Assembly (NCBI GenBank): GCA_951406725.2
Contig: OX597831.1
Span: 74,896,001 to 74,960,000 of the forward strand
Source: Octopus vulgaris
Taxonomy: Eukaryota
DNA length: 64,000 nt
Direction: 5' to 3'
Shown: piece by piece, positions 12,106 to 27,974 of the stretch
How positions within the stretch are numbered: position 1 is the first letter of the stretch
How the letters are laid out: the number at the start of each line of letters is the position of its first letter
Program-made: the position numbers and the translations under genes
Notes under the pieces: model-generated
Seen by the model: the letters and a program-made list of their open reading frames with translations, nothing else
Told to the model about the DNA's origin: nothing
The model's database searches: none

Positions 12106-12889
12106 GAAAAAACGAAAAAAAAGAGATATAGATATAGATAGATACATACATACATAGATTGACTGATTGATTGATAGATACATACATGCATAGACAGACA
12201 GGCAGATAGGTAAATAAAGTAGATAGGTGGATAGATAGATATACCTATACATCTGCTTGTGAGTATGTATCGGTGTGTGTGTGTATAGGTGTGTATGTGC
12301 AAGCATGTGTGTATATGTACATGTGTGTAAATGTATATACATGTGTACTAGGTGTGTGTGTATGTACACATATGCATGTATGTGTGCGTGCAGACATGTA
12401 AACAGCAGACTATCTATTACATATAACCTTGAGAGAGAGGAGAGTGAAAGCGGGAGAAGAGAGAGAGACATGGAAAGATAGATATATATATATAGAGAAA
12501 GGGAGGCAGAGAGAGGGAGAAAGGGAAGAAGAGAGAGAGAGAGAGAGAGAGAGGCCAGCACTTTGTCAGGTATCTGAGTCAAAAGCTGTATAACCACACC
12601 CTCAAATTATGCACAGACTCCCCCCCCACCCCCCGCCACATTACTGAGAAAAACCTGATCCCTAGCCCTAACCCTTACACCACAATCCCCCACCCACACC
12701 GACCCCTAACCCTCTTCTACTTACACATCCGCCCACCAACCTCACCACCTCCACCTCTAAACTATTTACTATTATTTACTATGACATAACTGAACAAGTA
12801 TTTGCCACCAGCAGAGGTGGGTACAGATTGGTCGCCGCACGCAAACGTTTACAAACATTTAGACATTTCTATATAGCAAAACTGAAATA

Positions 12890-12904
12890 CACACATGCAC
12901 GCAC

Positions 12905-12944
<40 letters not shown>

Positions 12945-12949
12945 GGTAC

Positions 12950-13002
<53 letters not shown>

Positions 13003-13052
13003 TGTACATCATGTATATGTGTGTGTGTGTGTGTATAGGTACATATATATAC

Positions 13053-13103
<51 letters not shown>

Positions 13104-13104
13104 G

Positions 13105-13136
<32 letters not shown>

Positions 13137-13199
13137 GTATATCATGTATATGTGTGTGTGTGTGTAAAAAGAAATATATATGTATTGTTTAAATATGTG

Positions 13200-13256
<57 letters not shown>

Positions 13257-13295
13257 CGTATGCATATATTTGCATATATATAAGTATATATATAG

Positions 13296-13338
<43 letters not shown>

Positions 13339-13352
13339 CACGTATATATATA

Positions 13353-13404
<52 letters not shown>

Positions 13405-13432
13405 TATATATATACACGTATATATATATATG

Positions 13433-13476
<44 letters not shown>

Positions 13477-13650
13477 GATATATACATATACATATATATA
13501 CATATATATATGTATGTATGTATAACGCAAATATCATGTTATTCATATATATATACATATATATATATATACATATATATATACACGCATACATATGCCT
13601 ATATGTATGTGTGTGTGTGTGTATCTATATAAATACTTATATACACAGAG
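12890..13650. repeat. Compound (TA)n/(TG)n/(CA)n microsatellite
   Basis: Direct inspection. Confidence 0.95.
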
Positions 13651-13943
13651 AGTCTTAAGTATTTGTGGGGAGGTGGGGAGTGATGTGTTAATTGGTTTAA
13701 CTGAACAACAGAGTTGGCCAAGTGGAGGGTGCAGGCAGGGGGAGGGGGGTGAAGTGGGAGTGGTGGTGCGAAGTGGTAGAGGGAGGGGGAAGGGGGAAGG
13801 AATGAGGTGTGAAGTAAAAGGTAAACAACAGTTTCAGTAGGGGGGAGGGGCATTTGTTTGAGGGAGGAGCATGGGTGAGGAGGGGAGGCGAAAAGAGAGA
13901 GAGAGGGGGGAAGGATTTGGATGTGTTATATTCACTTTCTCTC

Positions 13944-14008
<65 letters not shown>

Positions 14009-14199
14009 GCCCAGAGCCTCATATCTCTCCTTCTTTCAGTTACAGGAGGAAGAAAAAGAAGAGATGTAGAAGAAGGATAGAGAGAGGAAGGAAGGGAGGG
14101 AGGGAGGTGATGGCATGAGGGCGGCGGCGGCGGTCGGGGTGGATGTTGATGCCAACATCCTGTATGTTAAGGATAAATAAAGGAAAAGTGTGTCACTGA

Positions 14200-15900
<1,701 letters not shown>

Positions 15901-16994
15901 TCGCTGTTTGCAATAATAGTAACAGGACCTCTGAGTGGTCACTTGAAATGCTGGACATAGTAAGTAAACTGAGAAGATTGTGTATATTTGTACATATATG
16001 TGTGTATATATGTGCCTATGACACCTATATACATACACACATACATACACACTTCTACACACACATACAAGTGTGTATACATGTGTGTATACATGTGTGT
16101 ATAATTGCATATGTGTAGATGTATGTGTGTACATATGAGTATCTTTTCTCATATATGTACATATATGTGTGTGTTTATGTGTGTGTATATGTGCATGTGT
16201 GTATGTGTGTGTATGTGTGCTCTTTTTCCATATATTCAAACATGTGTATGTATATATGTGTATGTATATATGTGTATGCATATGTGTGTGTGTGTGCATG
16301 TATGCATATATGGCTGTATATGTATGTTTGTGTGTGTGTGCATATGCATGTATGTGTGAGTGTGTGTGGGTGTGCATGTGTGTAACTCCATCACTCCCCA
16401 CTGAGCCAATTTCAGCCCCAGGGGTTGCAGAGGAAAGAAACAGATCTTGAGAGCAGTAATCTGCCTGATAAGACATCAGTGTATTTATTGCAGATTATAC
16501 TCCAAGATGAACTTGTACCTGTTCACCTGACAGATACCAGATCATCTGAGATTGTTATTTACATTAAGTGAAAGAGAAAGAGATAGATAGAGAGAGAGAG
16601 ATGGGGGTAGGGAGAGATGTTAAGGTTCCATGGAAAAGGTTTGGCCCAACCCTGTCAGAACTTTGTCTGTTTATGTCCCATAAATAATTCTCTTTGAAGT
16701 GGAAATTCAAACCAGGACTCCTAGCCACCCACCTCTGCATGCCAGCATCACTACCATGCATCTACCACCACCACCACCACCACCACCACCACCACCACTA
16801 CCACTGTCATCACCACCACTGCAACAACTGCAACAAGTCCTGCTGCCACCACCACCACCGCCGCCACCGCCACCACCACTAGCACCACCACCACCGCTGC
16901 CATCACCACCACCACCAACAACAACCACCACCACTGTAACAATAGTAATAATGATAATAATAACAACAATAACAAATAATAGCGATGATGATTC

Positions 16995-17195
16995 AAATAT
17001 TGGCACATGGCCAACTATTTCGGAAGAGCAGTTTAATTGATTAGATTGACCCCCAGTATTCAACAGGCATTTATTTTATTGACCCTTAGAGGATGAAAGG
17101 CAAAGTTGACCTCAGCGGAATTTGAACTCAAAACCTAAAGATAGACGAAATACCACTGGGTATTTTGCCTGATGCGCTAACGATTCTGCCATCCC
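16995..17195 (-). mobile_element. SINE family B (Meta-domain-like core). Other copies ~18435-18645(-), 20465-20685(-), 24320-24450(+), 31370-31515(+), 33718-33935(+), 34395-34555(+)
   Basis: All match gagttcaaattccgccgaggtcgactttgcctttcatcctttcggggtcgataaa of 53295-53520. Confidence 0.8.
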
Positions 17196-17304
17196 ACGAC
17201 CTTTGATGATGATGATGATGATAATAATAATAACAATAATAATAATAATAATAATAACAACAACAACAACTACAACAACAACAACAATAATAATAATAAT
17301 AATC

Positions 17305-17612
17305 TTACATGGTTGATGCCAGTACCCCCACCACCCCACCCCGACTGGCTTCTGTGCCAGTAGCACATAAAAAGCACCATCTGAACATGACCAATGCCAG
17401 TGTCGTCTGACTGGCCCCTGTGCCGGTGGCACGTAAAAAGCACCTACAATACTCTTGGAGTGGTTGGTGTTAGGAAGGGTATCCAGCTGTAGAAACACTG
17501 CCAGATCAGACTGGAGCCTGGTGTGGCCTCCTGGCTTGCTAGACCCCAGTCAAACTGTCCAACCCATGCCAGCATGGAGAACGGACATTAAACGATGATG
17601 ATGATGATGATG
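17305..17612 (+). mobile_element. RTE 3' tail fragment
   Basis: gtgccggtggcacgtaaaaagcacc...gttaggaagggtatccagctgtagaaac...(GAT)n. Confidence 0.8.
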
Positions 17613-17747
17613 ATGAATGTATTTCCTGTCAGGTTGAGGAAAGAAGAATAAAACAACAAACAGTGTAGGAGTGGGTGACTGTCAGAGATGCTAAAAGGCA
17701 GGTGAACTGCATTCAAAGATTTTGCCTTCAAGATGTTGTTATTTTAA

Positions 17748-17967
17748 CCCTTTCGTTACCAACTCGGCTGAAACTGGCTCTGGCTCTGTCGTACAAATAT
17801 CTTGTTTTCATAAGTTTTGAATTAAAATCTTCCACCAAACCTTAGTCACAATTTATGTTCCTAACACTAGCTGAATGATGGCTAAGTTATTTTATAAATT
17901 CTTTGTTATATCTAAAGTAATTCAAAGAAACACAGAGCATCTCAAAATAAATACAGTAACGAAATGG
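17748..17967. mobile_element. piggyBac-type MITE
   Basis: TTAA-CCCTTTCGTTAC ... GTAACGAAATGG-TTAA (TIR plus TTAA TSD). Confidence 0.8.
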
Positions 17968-18654
17968 TTAATATAATAAAACTGCAAATTTTTATTGTAA
18001 AGTGTATTTAGTTTATCAGTTGCCTCGCACACACACAGTCATATACACACACACACACACACACATGCACACACATATCTACGAAATTAGATATTAAACA
18101 CTTGTTTTCAAAATATTGTTCACATAACATACATAAAAATGTTATGTAAATGATAAAATATATATACATTTTTTTCTTTCATTTTAACCCATTTTTCCGT
18201 GTTTGCCCTTTCTGATACAAGCCCCTATTTTCTGATTTCATTGATTTCAAAAATGTAAACAAACATATGCACACGCACTCACATTCACACACACAGACAC
18301 ACACACATGCATATGTATGCACTTGATTTTTTCCCATTGTGTCGATGTGCTATTTTCTATCACTTATAAAGCTGTCAGCATTTTTGACGACACGGGTATG
18401 CTAGTAATAATAATGACAATGATAATAATTATTTCTACTATAGGTACAAGGCCTGAAATTTGTGGGGAGGGGGCTAGTCGATTATATTGACCTCAGTGTT
18501 CAACAGGTATTTATTTTATTGACCCCAAAAGGATAAAAGGCAAAGTCAACCTCAGTGGAATTTGAACTTAGAACACAAAGACAAATAAAATGGAAGAAAT
18601 GTTACAAAACAATTTTTCTGGTATGCTAATGATTTTGTCAGCTTGCTGCAGAAA

Positions 18655-19129
18655 GGGTAATGGACGAAAAGGGGAAGGCAAAATCCTCTGGGATTTTGAA
18701 TTCCAGACAGACAAGGTATTAGAGCACCACAGTACAGATATAGTAACCTTTAGTAAGGACAAACAAGAGGGCCTCATAATTGACAAGGCAGTGCCAGGAG
18801 ATCAACATATCATAATGAAAGAAAGAGAAAAGGTTGAGAAATATGGAGACCTGGGAATTGAGATCGCTCAGGTGTCGCAGCTACGAGAGTCAAACATAAA
18901 GGTTGTCCTTATTGTTAATATAACCCAACCTGAAGAAATATCTGGAAACTTCAGAGATACTCTACAATCTAGGTGTATTGCAAAAATCGGCTTTACTTGG
19001 AACTGCACGCATATTGCGTAAAGTACCGTCTGTCTGAGGTCCTTGTTGTGACTTGACAAACAGTGCAAACCCTCAGCAGACACAATATCTTCAGTCAAAA
19101 ATCTCACGATATTGTATACTGTGCAACGT

Positions 19130-19130
<1 letters not shown>
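18655..19130 (+). mobile_element. R4/Dong-like LINE 3' end (restriction-like endonuclease domain), decayed
   Basis: KILWDFEFQTDKVLEHHSTDIV...IIDKAVP...KEREKVEKYGDL; runs into (TAA)n. Confidence 0.85.
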
Positions 19131-19897
<767 letters not shown>

Positions 19898-19997
19898 TTA
19901 CAGAAAGAGACTGTAAGACTTCTGACAAAAGTTTGCTGTCCACTCTCACAGAATCAAGTAAGACTGAGAGCTCTGAAAAGTAAAATGATAATAATAA

Positions 19998-20398
19998 TAA
20001 CCGGTTGAGCATGTCCCTTAGTGGCTGACGATATGTGCATCTCTGATCACGAGCAGAAGTAATAGGGGAGCATCATAGCCTTTTGTTGGATGGGATTCTT
20101 TGAGGTTTGGATAATTCACCTCTGGAAACATGGGTGTTTCGTTCAAACATCCTTAAACAAACCATATTGAAGGACCTTTTGAGCAGGATAGGCTACACAA
20201 CCTGAAGAAAATTTTAACAGGGCACCCTACCTGCAAGATCATGCGCTGTTTATCTTGATATGAAGTCATTATGTTTTGCACACATGGTTGTGATGCATGT
20301 GTCTGGTGTACCCTTATCAGACGGGTGATCATGATGGGGGCTTCGTATATTTGTGCCACAGTGTCACTTTAACGGAATGTACTGCTCTCTCACTCAGT
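19998..20398. mobile_element. Unclassified non-coding interspersed repeat in (TAA)n; longer copy at 28710-29185
   Basis: Shared ccggttgagcatgtcccttagtggctgacgatatgtgcatctctgatcacgagcagaagt through actgctctctc. Confidence 0.75.
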
Positions 20399-20414
20399 AA
20401 TAATAATGATGATG

Positions 20415-20467
<53 letters not shown>

Positions 20468-20889
20468 CCTTTCAACAATAAGCACAAGGTCTGAAATTTG
20501 TGTGTGCGGGGAGGACTAGTCAATTATATTGACCCCAGTATTTCACTGGCATTTAATTTATCAACCCCAAAAGTATGAAAGGCAAAGTCGACCTCAGCAG
20601 AATTTGAACTCAGAATGTCAAGACAGACGAAATGCCACTAAGTATTTCACCTGGCATGCAAACAATTCTAACCAGCTCACCACCTAAGGAGAAGAAGAAG
20701 AAGAAGAAGAAGAAGAAGAAGAAGAAGAAGAAGAAGAAGAAGAAGAAGAAGAAGAAGCAGAAGAAGAAGCAGAAGAAGAAGAAGAAGAAGAAGAAGGCGG
20801 AGGAGGGGGAGGAGGGGGAGAATTTCAGGCCTTGTGACTATAGTAGAAAAGGATTATAATAATAATAATAATAATAATTATTATTATTA

Positions 20890-21542
20890 TTATTCAGTAG
20901 TTTTATTTTTATTTTTATAGCGTGCTTTCACTTCACTACCGAGCGCAGCTCTGTGTGCCTTGGGTATGTGCTGTGATTTGTTGTGATGCTCTGATGGTTA
21001 TTGTATGGAAAGTGTTCTGCGTAGGATGTGGGCAGTGCCTAGTAGTGCAATTTTCTGTATGTTATATGTGTTTGTAAGTCCTGGTGTTTTTGTTATGTAT
21101 TTGTCTGAATATTTTTTTATCATGCCTAATGCACCTACTATGATAGGAATTGTTTCTGTTTTCAGATTCCACATTCTAGTTACCTCTATTTCCAGGTCTT
21201 TGTATTTTGAGAGTTTCTCCATTTCTTTTAGAGACACGTTGTCATCTGCCGGTATTGATACATCAATTAAAAAGCATTTTTTTCTTCATGATCTCTGACA
21301 ACTATATCTGGTCTGTTGGCCTTAATTTCTCTATCTGTGTGTATCGGCATATCCCAGAGTATGGTTGCTTTCTCGTTTTCTGTGACCTTTTCTGGTGTGT
21401 GCCTATACCATCTTTTTTCTGTTGTTATTCCATAATGTTGGCATAGCTTCCAATGTATGTAGGTTCCAACTCTGTCATGTCTGTGAATATATTCCTTCTT
21501 AGCCAGGACTGGGCAGCTAGAGATAATATGATTTATTGTTTC

Positions 21543-21545
<3 letters not shown>
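20890..21545 (-). mobile_element. R4/Dong-like LINE 3' end (CCHC remnant plus RLE domain)
   Basis: ETINHIISSC...RHDRV...ILWD...RPDIVV and KEMEKLSKYKDLEIEV...PIIVGALG; flanked by (TAA)n on both sides. Confidence 0.9.
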
Positions 21546-21608
<63 letters not shown>

Positions 21609-21784
21609 TTTATTATCATTATCATCATCATCATCATCATCATTATTATTATTATTATTATCAGTGAAAAAAAAACAGGTAAAGTTTGGTGACAATTAGA
21701 GCTTCGAGGTGTAAAAATTTTTGTCAGTTTTCTCCTGTAAAGGAAATAAAGAAACAACTCTTTGATAACTTACATTTCCAACGC

Positions 21785-23050
21785 CGTAATCCTCTTGCTA
21801 CCAAACCACCAGCAACATACTCTGCTTCTGTGACACAAACTTCCTGTTCAAAGTAACCTAAGTTAAAACCTTCCATTAAAATTCCATGTTGTGTTCCAAA
21901 AACCATTTTAACCCTTTTGTTACCATATTTCTGCTGAGTTAATTTTAGTCAATTTTGAAAATAATGAAGAATTTAGAAAAAAAACTTTATCACTATTAAG
22001 ATGGTGTTTGGAGCATAAATTAGCATGGAATTTTGATGGGAAGTCTTTAATTTAGAATACTTTAAAGCGAGAAGCTTGTATCATTGGAACTAGAGACAGT
22101 CTCAGATAGGTTTGTGTTAAAGGGTAATGACAGTTATTTTGCTAAATTTTTCATTGTTTTCCAAAGTAATCAAAAACAAAGACAATGTATTCCAACACAG
22201 ATATGGTAACAAAAGGGTTAAAGTGATCCTAAATTAAAACCCTCCAGCAAAATTTCATCTTAGTTTATGCTTCAAATACTAGCTTAATGATGATAAATAT
22301 TTTACTTCATTATTCTGAGAATTAAGTGAAACAAAGACACTGTAGGCATAGGAGTGGCTGTGTGGTAAGTAGCTTGCTTACCAACCACATGGTTCCGGGT
22401 TCATTCCCACTGTGTGGCACCTTGGGTAACTGTCTTCTACTATAGCCTCAGGCCAATCAAAGACTTGTGAGTGGATTTGGTAGACGGAAACTGAAAGAAG
22501 CCCATCGTATATATATATATATATATTATATGTATATGTATGTATGTGTGTGTATATGTTTGTGTGTCTGTGTTTGTCCCCCTCAACATCGCTTGACAAC
22601 TGATGCTGGTGTGTTTTCGTCCCCGTAACTTAGCGGTTCGACAAAAGAGACCGCTAGAATAAGTACTAGGTTTACAAAGAATAAGTCCTGGGGGCGATTT
22701 TTCGACTAAAAGGTGGTGCTCCAGCATGGCCACAGTCAAATGACTGAAACAAGTAAATGAGTAAAGCGTAAAGAGTGAATTTCAACAAAAACATGGTAAC
22801 AAAAGGGATTTAAGTGATCCTAAATTAAAATCGTCCATCAAAATTCCATGTTAATTTATGTTCCAAATATTAAGGATAACAATGATAGTTATTTTACTAA
22901 ATTCTTCATTATTCTGAAAATTAAGTAAAACAAGGGCTCTGTATTCCAACTAAACAGGGTTAAAGTGGTTTAAATTAAAATCGTCCGTCAAAATTTTATG
23001 TTACTTTATGTTCCAATATTATCTTAAGAATGACAGTTATTTTATTAAAT
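21785..23050. repeat. Cluster of partial piggyBac-type MITE units, tandem and inverted, interrupted by a SINE
   Basis: Repeated aaagggttaaagtgatcctaaattaaaa at ~22212, 22801 and 22955; inverted unit 21908-22126; homologous to 17748-17967. Confidence 0.7.
22345..22776 (+). mobile_element. SINE family A
   Basis: Full-length match to 11729-12105. Confidence 0.9.
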
Positions 23051-23443
23051 ACTCTTTTACTCTTTTACTTGTTTCAGTCATTTGACTGTGGCCATGCTGG
23101 AGCACCACCTTTAGTCGAGCAAATCGACCCAGGGACTTATTCTTTGTAAGCCTAGTACTTATTCTATCGGTCTCTTTTGCCGAACCGCTAAGTGACGGGG
23201 ATGTAAACACACCAGCATCAGTTGTCAAGCAATGCTAGGGGGACACAAACACACACACACATATATATATACATATATACGACAGGCTTCTTTCAGTTTC
23301 TATCTACCAAATCCACTCACAAGGCATTGGTCGGCCCGGGGCTATAGTAGAAGACACTTGCCCAAGATGCCACGCAGTGGGACTGAACCCGGAACCATGT
23401 GGTTGGTAAACAAGCTACTTACCACACAGCCACTCCTGCGCCT
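23050..23443 (-). mobile_element. SINE family A
   Basis: Full-length reverse-complement match. Confidence 0.9.
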
Positions 23444-23847
23444 ATCCTGAATTATTTTCAAAACTTTTTAAATGGTCTGAATATGGATCAACACAAAACT
23501 ATAACGGAACAAAGATACTTGCTGAAGCTACCACACACTAGGACCAAAGCCAATGCCACATCGTTGCAATGCAGAATTCTTCACCTCACAGCCATTACCT
23601 GGACTCAGGTATAAATTTCAATTTGAAATAATAATTGTTCAAAACGTTTCTAATAAATTTAATTTTATTTGTTGTTGTTGTTGTTATTGTTTGTTGTTGC
23701 TTCAGTTTTCACCTGTTCAAAATGGAGGACATGTCAGCTGTGATTTACTGCAACAGAAAAATGGCAGTGGTGGTGGTGGTGGTGGTGGTGGTGGTGGCAG
23801 TAGTATGAATTAAAAAGAAATGAGAATTAAAAGATTAAATATATATA

Positions 23848-23980
<133 letters not shown>

Positions 23981-23992
23981 CATATATATATA

Positions 23993-24035
<43 letters not shown>

Positions 24036-24204
24036 TGTGTAAATATATGTATATATGTGTATGTGTGTGTGTGTAAACATTGATTTATTCTATATGTAGT
24101 AACAATAAATTTAGGAAATAATGAAATATAACAGAAAAAAAAATTATAGAAATATTTTTAAAAAGTTAGATAATACACAGAATCATTATTATTATTTTTT
24201 AAAG

Positions 24205-24262
<58 letters not shown>

Positions 24263-24274
24263 TATTATTATTAC

Positions 24275-24311
<37 letters not shown>

Positions 24312-24457
24312 TTTAACAAGGCAGCAAGCTGGCAGAATCGTAAACATGCCGAGTTAAATGCTTAGTAGCATTTTATCTGTCGTTACATTCTGAGTTCAAA
24401 TTCTGCTTTCGTCCTTTCAAGAGTGATAAAATAAGTACTACTTGGGGTAGGTATATA

Positions 24458-25582
24458 CAGAGTGTAATGATAAACTGTTGTCTAAATCAGTGCTACTCAA
24501 AGTAGTGGTCGGCGGTCTGGCACTGGTCCGTGGTGCGTTTCCAGAAAAGAAAGAGATATAAAATGCTTGTGTATTATTTGTTTACAAAATAAATATAAAA
24601 TAATTTTAAAAATTGTCGGCCTTTATTATATTCATTATATAAATATTGTTTCTGGTATAAATTAATATTTCTAAAAAATATTACAGGTCCCTGTCACATT
24701 GGAAAAAAAAACTGCCGGTATGCCACATCAGATAGTTTAAGAAGCACTGGTCTAAATTACACTTAAATGAAAATAACACTGACATCTCATTTTAACAGAT
24801 ATATTTACCAAAATTACATAAAAATATCTTGAAATACTAAAGAGTAAATTTATTCAATAAAATCGTCATTGGCTTCAACCATAGCCTCCAGAAGACTTTG
24901 GAATCTCCTGCAACTCTTCTGGATGGTCTCCTTCTTTAAGTTGGTGAATGCTGCCATATTGGTTGCTTTCAGCTCATTTTTAGTGTCACAAGGAGTTTTC
25001 TTGGTCTCTCACTCAACTGCACCCCACACATAATAACCAAGGGTGTTGCAGTGTGAGGAGTTAGGTGGCCAGATGTTAGGGGTGATATAGTTATACAAAC
25101 TGTCTGACAGCCTTCACTGGGTTCTCCTACTTGTGTGGCAAGGAGCATAGTCCTGTTGCCAGACATAGAGTCTTCCAGCAGCCACCTTCTTGAACCAGAG
25201 CAACACTACCTCCTCCAGGCAATTGATGCAACCATCCATGTTAAGCCTGAGGCCGTGTGGGAAGATGAATGGAGGCATAATCTCACCATCATTAGTGATC
25301 ACTCCAAGCACCATGGTGTTGAATGGATGTTCGATTTTTATCACTCTCAGTACATGTCCTCAGATTGCACTGTTTGTATGGGAGATTCGGGTGTGAATGC
25401 CAAGCAGTACAGCATGTTGTTTCCAAATTTCTGGCAGAGTGAATTGTGTCATGGTGCTTTTTTGTCTCAGACGGGGCCCAACTGACCCTACTATACTGTG
25501 TAATCAACAAAATCAAAAACAAACAATGTGCATGCGTGAAATTAAAAATATAAAATGGCAACAATTTACCCATTGCACCCTG
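24458..25582 (-). mobile_element. Tc1/mariner superfamily element, probably DD37D (maT), internally deleted
   Basis: TA-flanked TIRs CAGAGTGTAATGATAAACTGTTG / CAACAATTTACCCATTGCACCCTG; ORF remnant MVLGVITNDG...WQQDYAPCH followed by a WPPNS-like motif. Confidence 0.85.
24488..24749. mobile_element. hAT (Charlie/MER5-like) MITE nested in the maT element
   Basis: CAGTGCTACTCAAA ... TTTAAGAAGCACTG with perfect 8 bp TSD gtctaaat (24480-24487 and 24750-24757). Confidence 0.9.
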
Positions 25583-26257
25583 TATAATTGTTTTTGTTAG
25601 TTTTTTCTATACTGGTTAAGGTCATGGGGGGGGGTATGTTAGCATGCAGTGTGTAATGTGTCTGAGAGGTTTATATATGTGGGGGTAAAATGTGTGTGAA
25701 GAGGTATATATTGGGAGAGGGAAGACAATCTATTTGGTGGGTGTCTGTTTTGTTGGGGCACGCGTGTGAACATGGGTGCATTGATGCATGTTCTGATCAA
25801 ACTCTTTGCTGGGGTTGAGGGTATTGGTGAAAGGCTGACCTTGGGAACCTGTGGTTGAGGTCAAGGTGGGACATGCAGGTATGACAGGATGTACAGTAAT
25901 CCCTCGCCATATCACGGTTCACCTATTGCGGTTCACCTATCACAGTTTCTTATTCAAGCTTCTATCAGACTCTTTTGCTGAACTGCTAAGTCACAGGAAT
26001 GTAAACACCAGTTGTAAAGTGGTGGTGGGGAACAAATACAAACACACACACACGGACACAAACACACATATACTTCATCATCATCATCATCATCATCATC
26101 ATTATCATTTAATATCCATTGTCCATACTAGCATGGGTTGGGTGGTTTGACCAGAACTGGCACGCTGGGAGAGCTGCACCAAGCTCCAGTCTGATTTGAC
26201 ATGGTTTCTATGGCTGGATGCCCTTCTTAATACCAACCACTGTACAGGGTATGCTAT

Positions 26258-26383
<126 letters not shown>

Positions 26384-26659
26384 TTAAAAAATAGGATAAA
26401 ATCTTAATAAGAAATCTTAACAAGAAATTATCGAGTAGTTAGTGTGAAAAACCTCATAAGAGAAAAAAACTGTAAATTTTTTTCTTTGAAAATATTTAAT
26501 TATATTGTATAGAGGGCATTATTACACATAAATGCCACACGCTAGGAGGGACTCTTAAAGTCATAACTACCAAATATAAACACATATATATATATATATA
26601 TTTCACTTTTATATTTGGTTTGCAAGATTCTTTAAGTGAATTTGTGTGTTGAGGCATAT

Positions 26660-26845
26660 TTTAGTGTGTCAGGGGAAAATCATTCTCTTTTAGTGCCTTA
26701 TTAATTTAACACACTCACTAGTTCAATTATCACTGATTTATTTATATTTTCTAGAAAAAAATAAGCAAAATGAATGGAAATTGAACCTGTGAGAGTGTTA
26801 AGTAATATGGTACTAAAAGAGAATAACTCTCCCCAGACACAATAT
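26660..26845. repeat. Imperfect fold-back (inverted repeat) between (TA)n tracts
   Basis: gtgtcaggggaaaatcattctcttttagtgcc ... ggtactaaaagagaataactctccccagacac. Confidence 0.7.
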
Positions 26846-27015
26846 TATATATATATATATATAATTGATGACTTTTTGGCTAATTTTGAAATTATATCAG
26901 CAGTTTATATTTGCTGCTGAGAAGATAGCACGGTGACAATGGATTTTGAAAATTTAGAGTATATAGACTCGAGGCGTCGCTGGTGTTGCCTTCTGGATAT
27001 ATATTTTCCTTAGCT

Positions 27016-27109
27016 TCTTTGCTGACGAGACAGGCCAGATGTAAGTAAATTTAATTTAATTTAATTAAATTGGTTTACCAAAGTGTCAAAACTATGCATA
27101 GTCCAAAGA
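27016..27109 (+). ncRNA. Type-I hammerhead ribozyme motif with G12>A core mutation
   Basis: TCTTTG-CTGACGA-GACA...TGTC-AAAA-CTATGCATAG-TC-CAAAGA: 6 bp stem I, stem II GACA/TGTC, palindromic stem III, GUC site. Confidence 0.75.
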
Positions 27110-27505
27110 TGATTAGGGTAAATGTTTTTATTTCTCCTTTGGTTTCAGAATTACAACCATTTAGCGGTTTGAGTTTGGCTGCTCTTTCTAGTGGGTCGAA
27201 TGGCCTATCAGGGCCATTCCTTAATATTGTTGAAATTATATATATATATATATATATATAAGCTTTCGGTGTGAATGGTGCTGTTAAGCAGTGTTGAGTT
27301 TTACAATTCTGTAAATAATAATAATAATAATAATGGTATTTTTTTTTATAAGCTTAAAGCTTATAGCAGTCACCATGTAAATTACTTAGCAAAATGGTTT
27401 AATAATGGAGCATTTAAGTCCTTGACAGAAAAAGTAGGCTTTCCCATATGTGTGGGACTCAAACCCACAGCCCTTTGCTATATGACTAAGTGTGTTACCG
27501 ATTAC

Positions 27506-27549
<44 letters not shown>

Positions 27550-27558
27550 GTATGTATA

Positions 27559-27958
27559 GGCGCAGGAGTGGCTGTGTGGTAAGTAGCTTGTTTACCAACC
27601 ACATGGTTCCGGGTTCAGTCCAACTGCGTGGCACCTTGGGCAAGTGTCTTCTACTATAGCCTCGGGCCGACCAAAGCCTTGTGAGTGGATTTGGTAGACG
27701 GAAACTGAAAGAAGCCCGCCATATATATGTATATATATATATGCGTGTGTGTGTTTGTGTGTCTGTGTTTGTCCCCCTAGCATTGCTTGACAACCAATGC
27801 TGGTGTGTTTACGTCCCCCTCACTTAGCGGTTCAGTGAAAGAGACCGATAGAATAAGTTCTGGGCTTACAAAAGAATAAGTCCCAGGGTCGAGTTGCTCG
27901 ATTAAAAAGGCGGTGCTCCAGCATGGCCGCAGTCAAATGACTGAAACAAGTAAAAGAG
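27559..27958 (+). mobile_element. SINE family A
   Basis: Full-length match. Confidence 0.9.
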
Positions 27959-27974
27959 ATGTATGTATGTATAT

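Noticed and set aside
12803-12822. CTCF-like site ccaccagcagaggtggg
   Set aside because: Partial match to the consensus, not distinguishable from chance.
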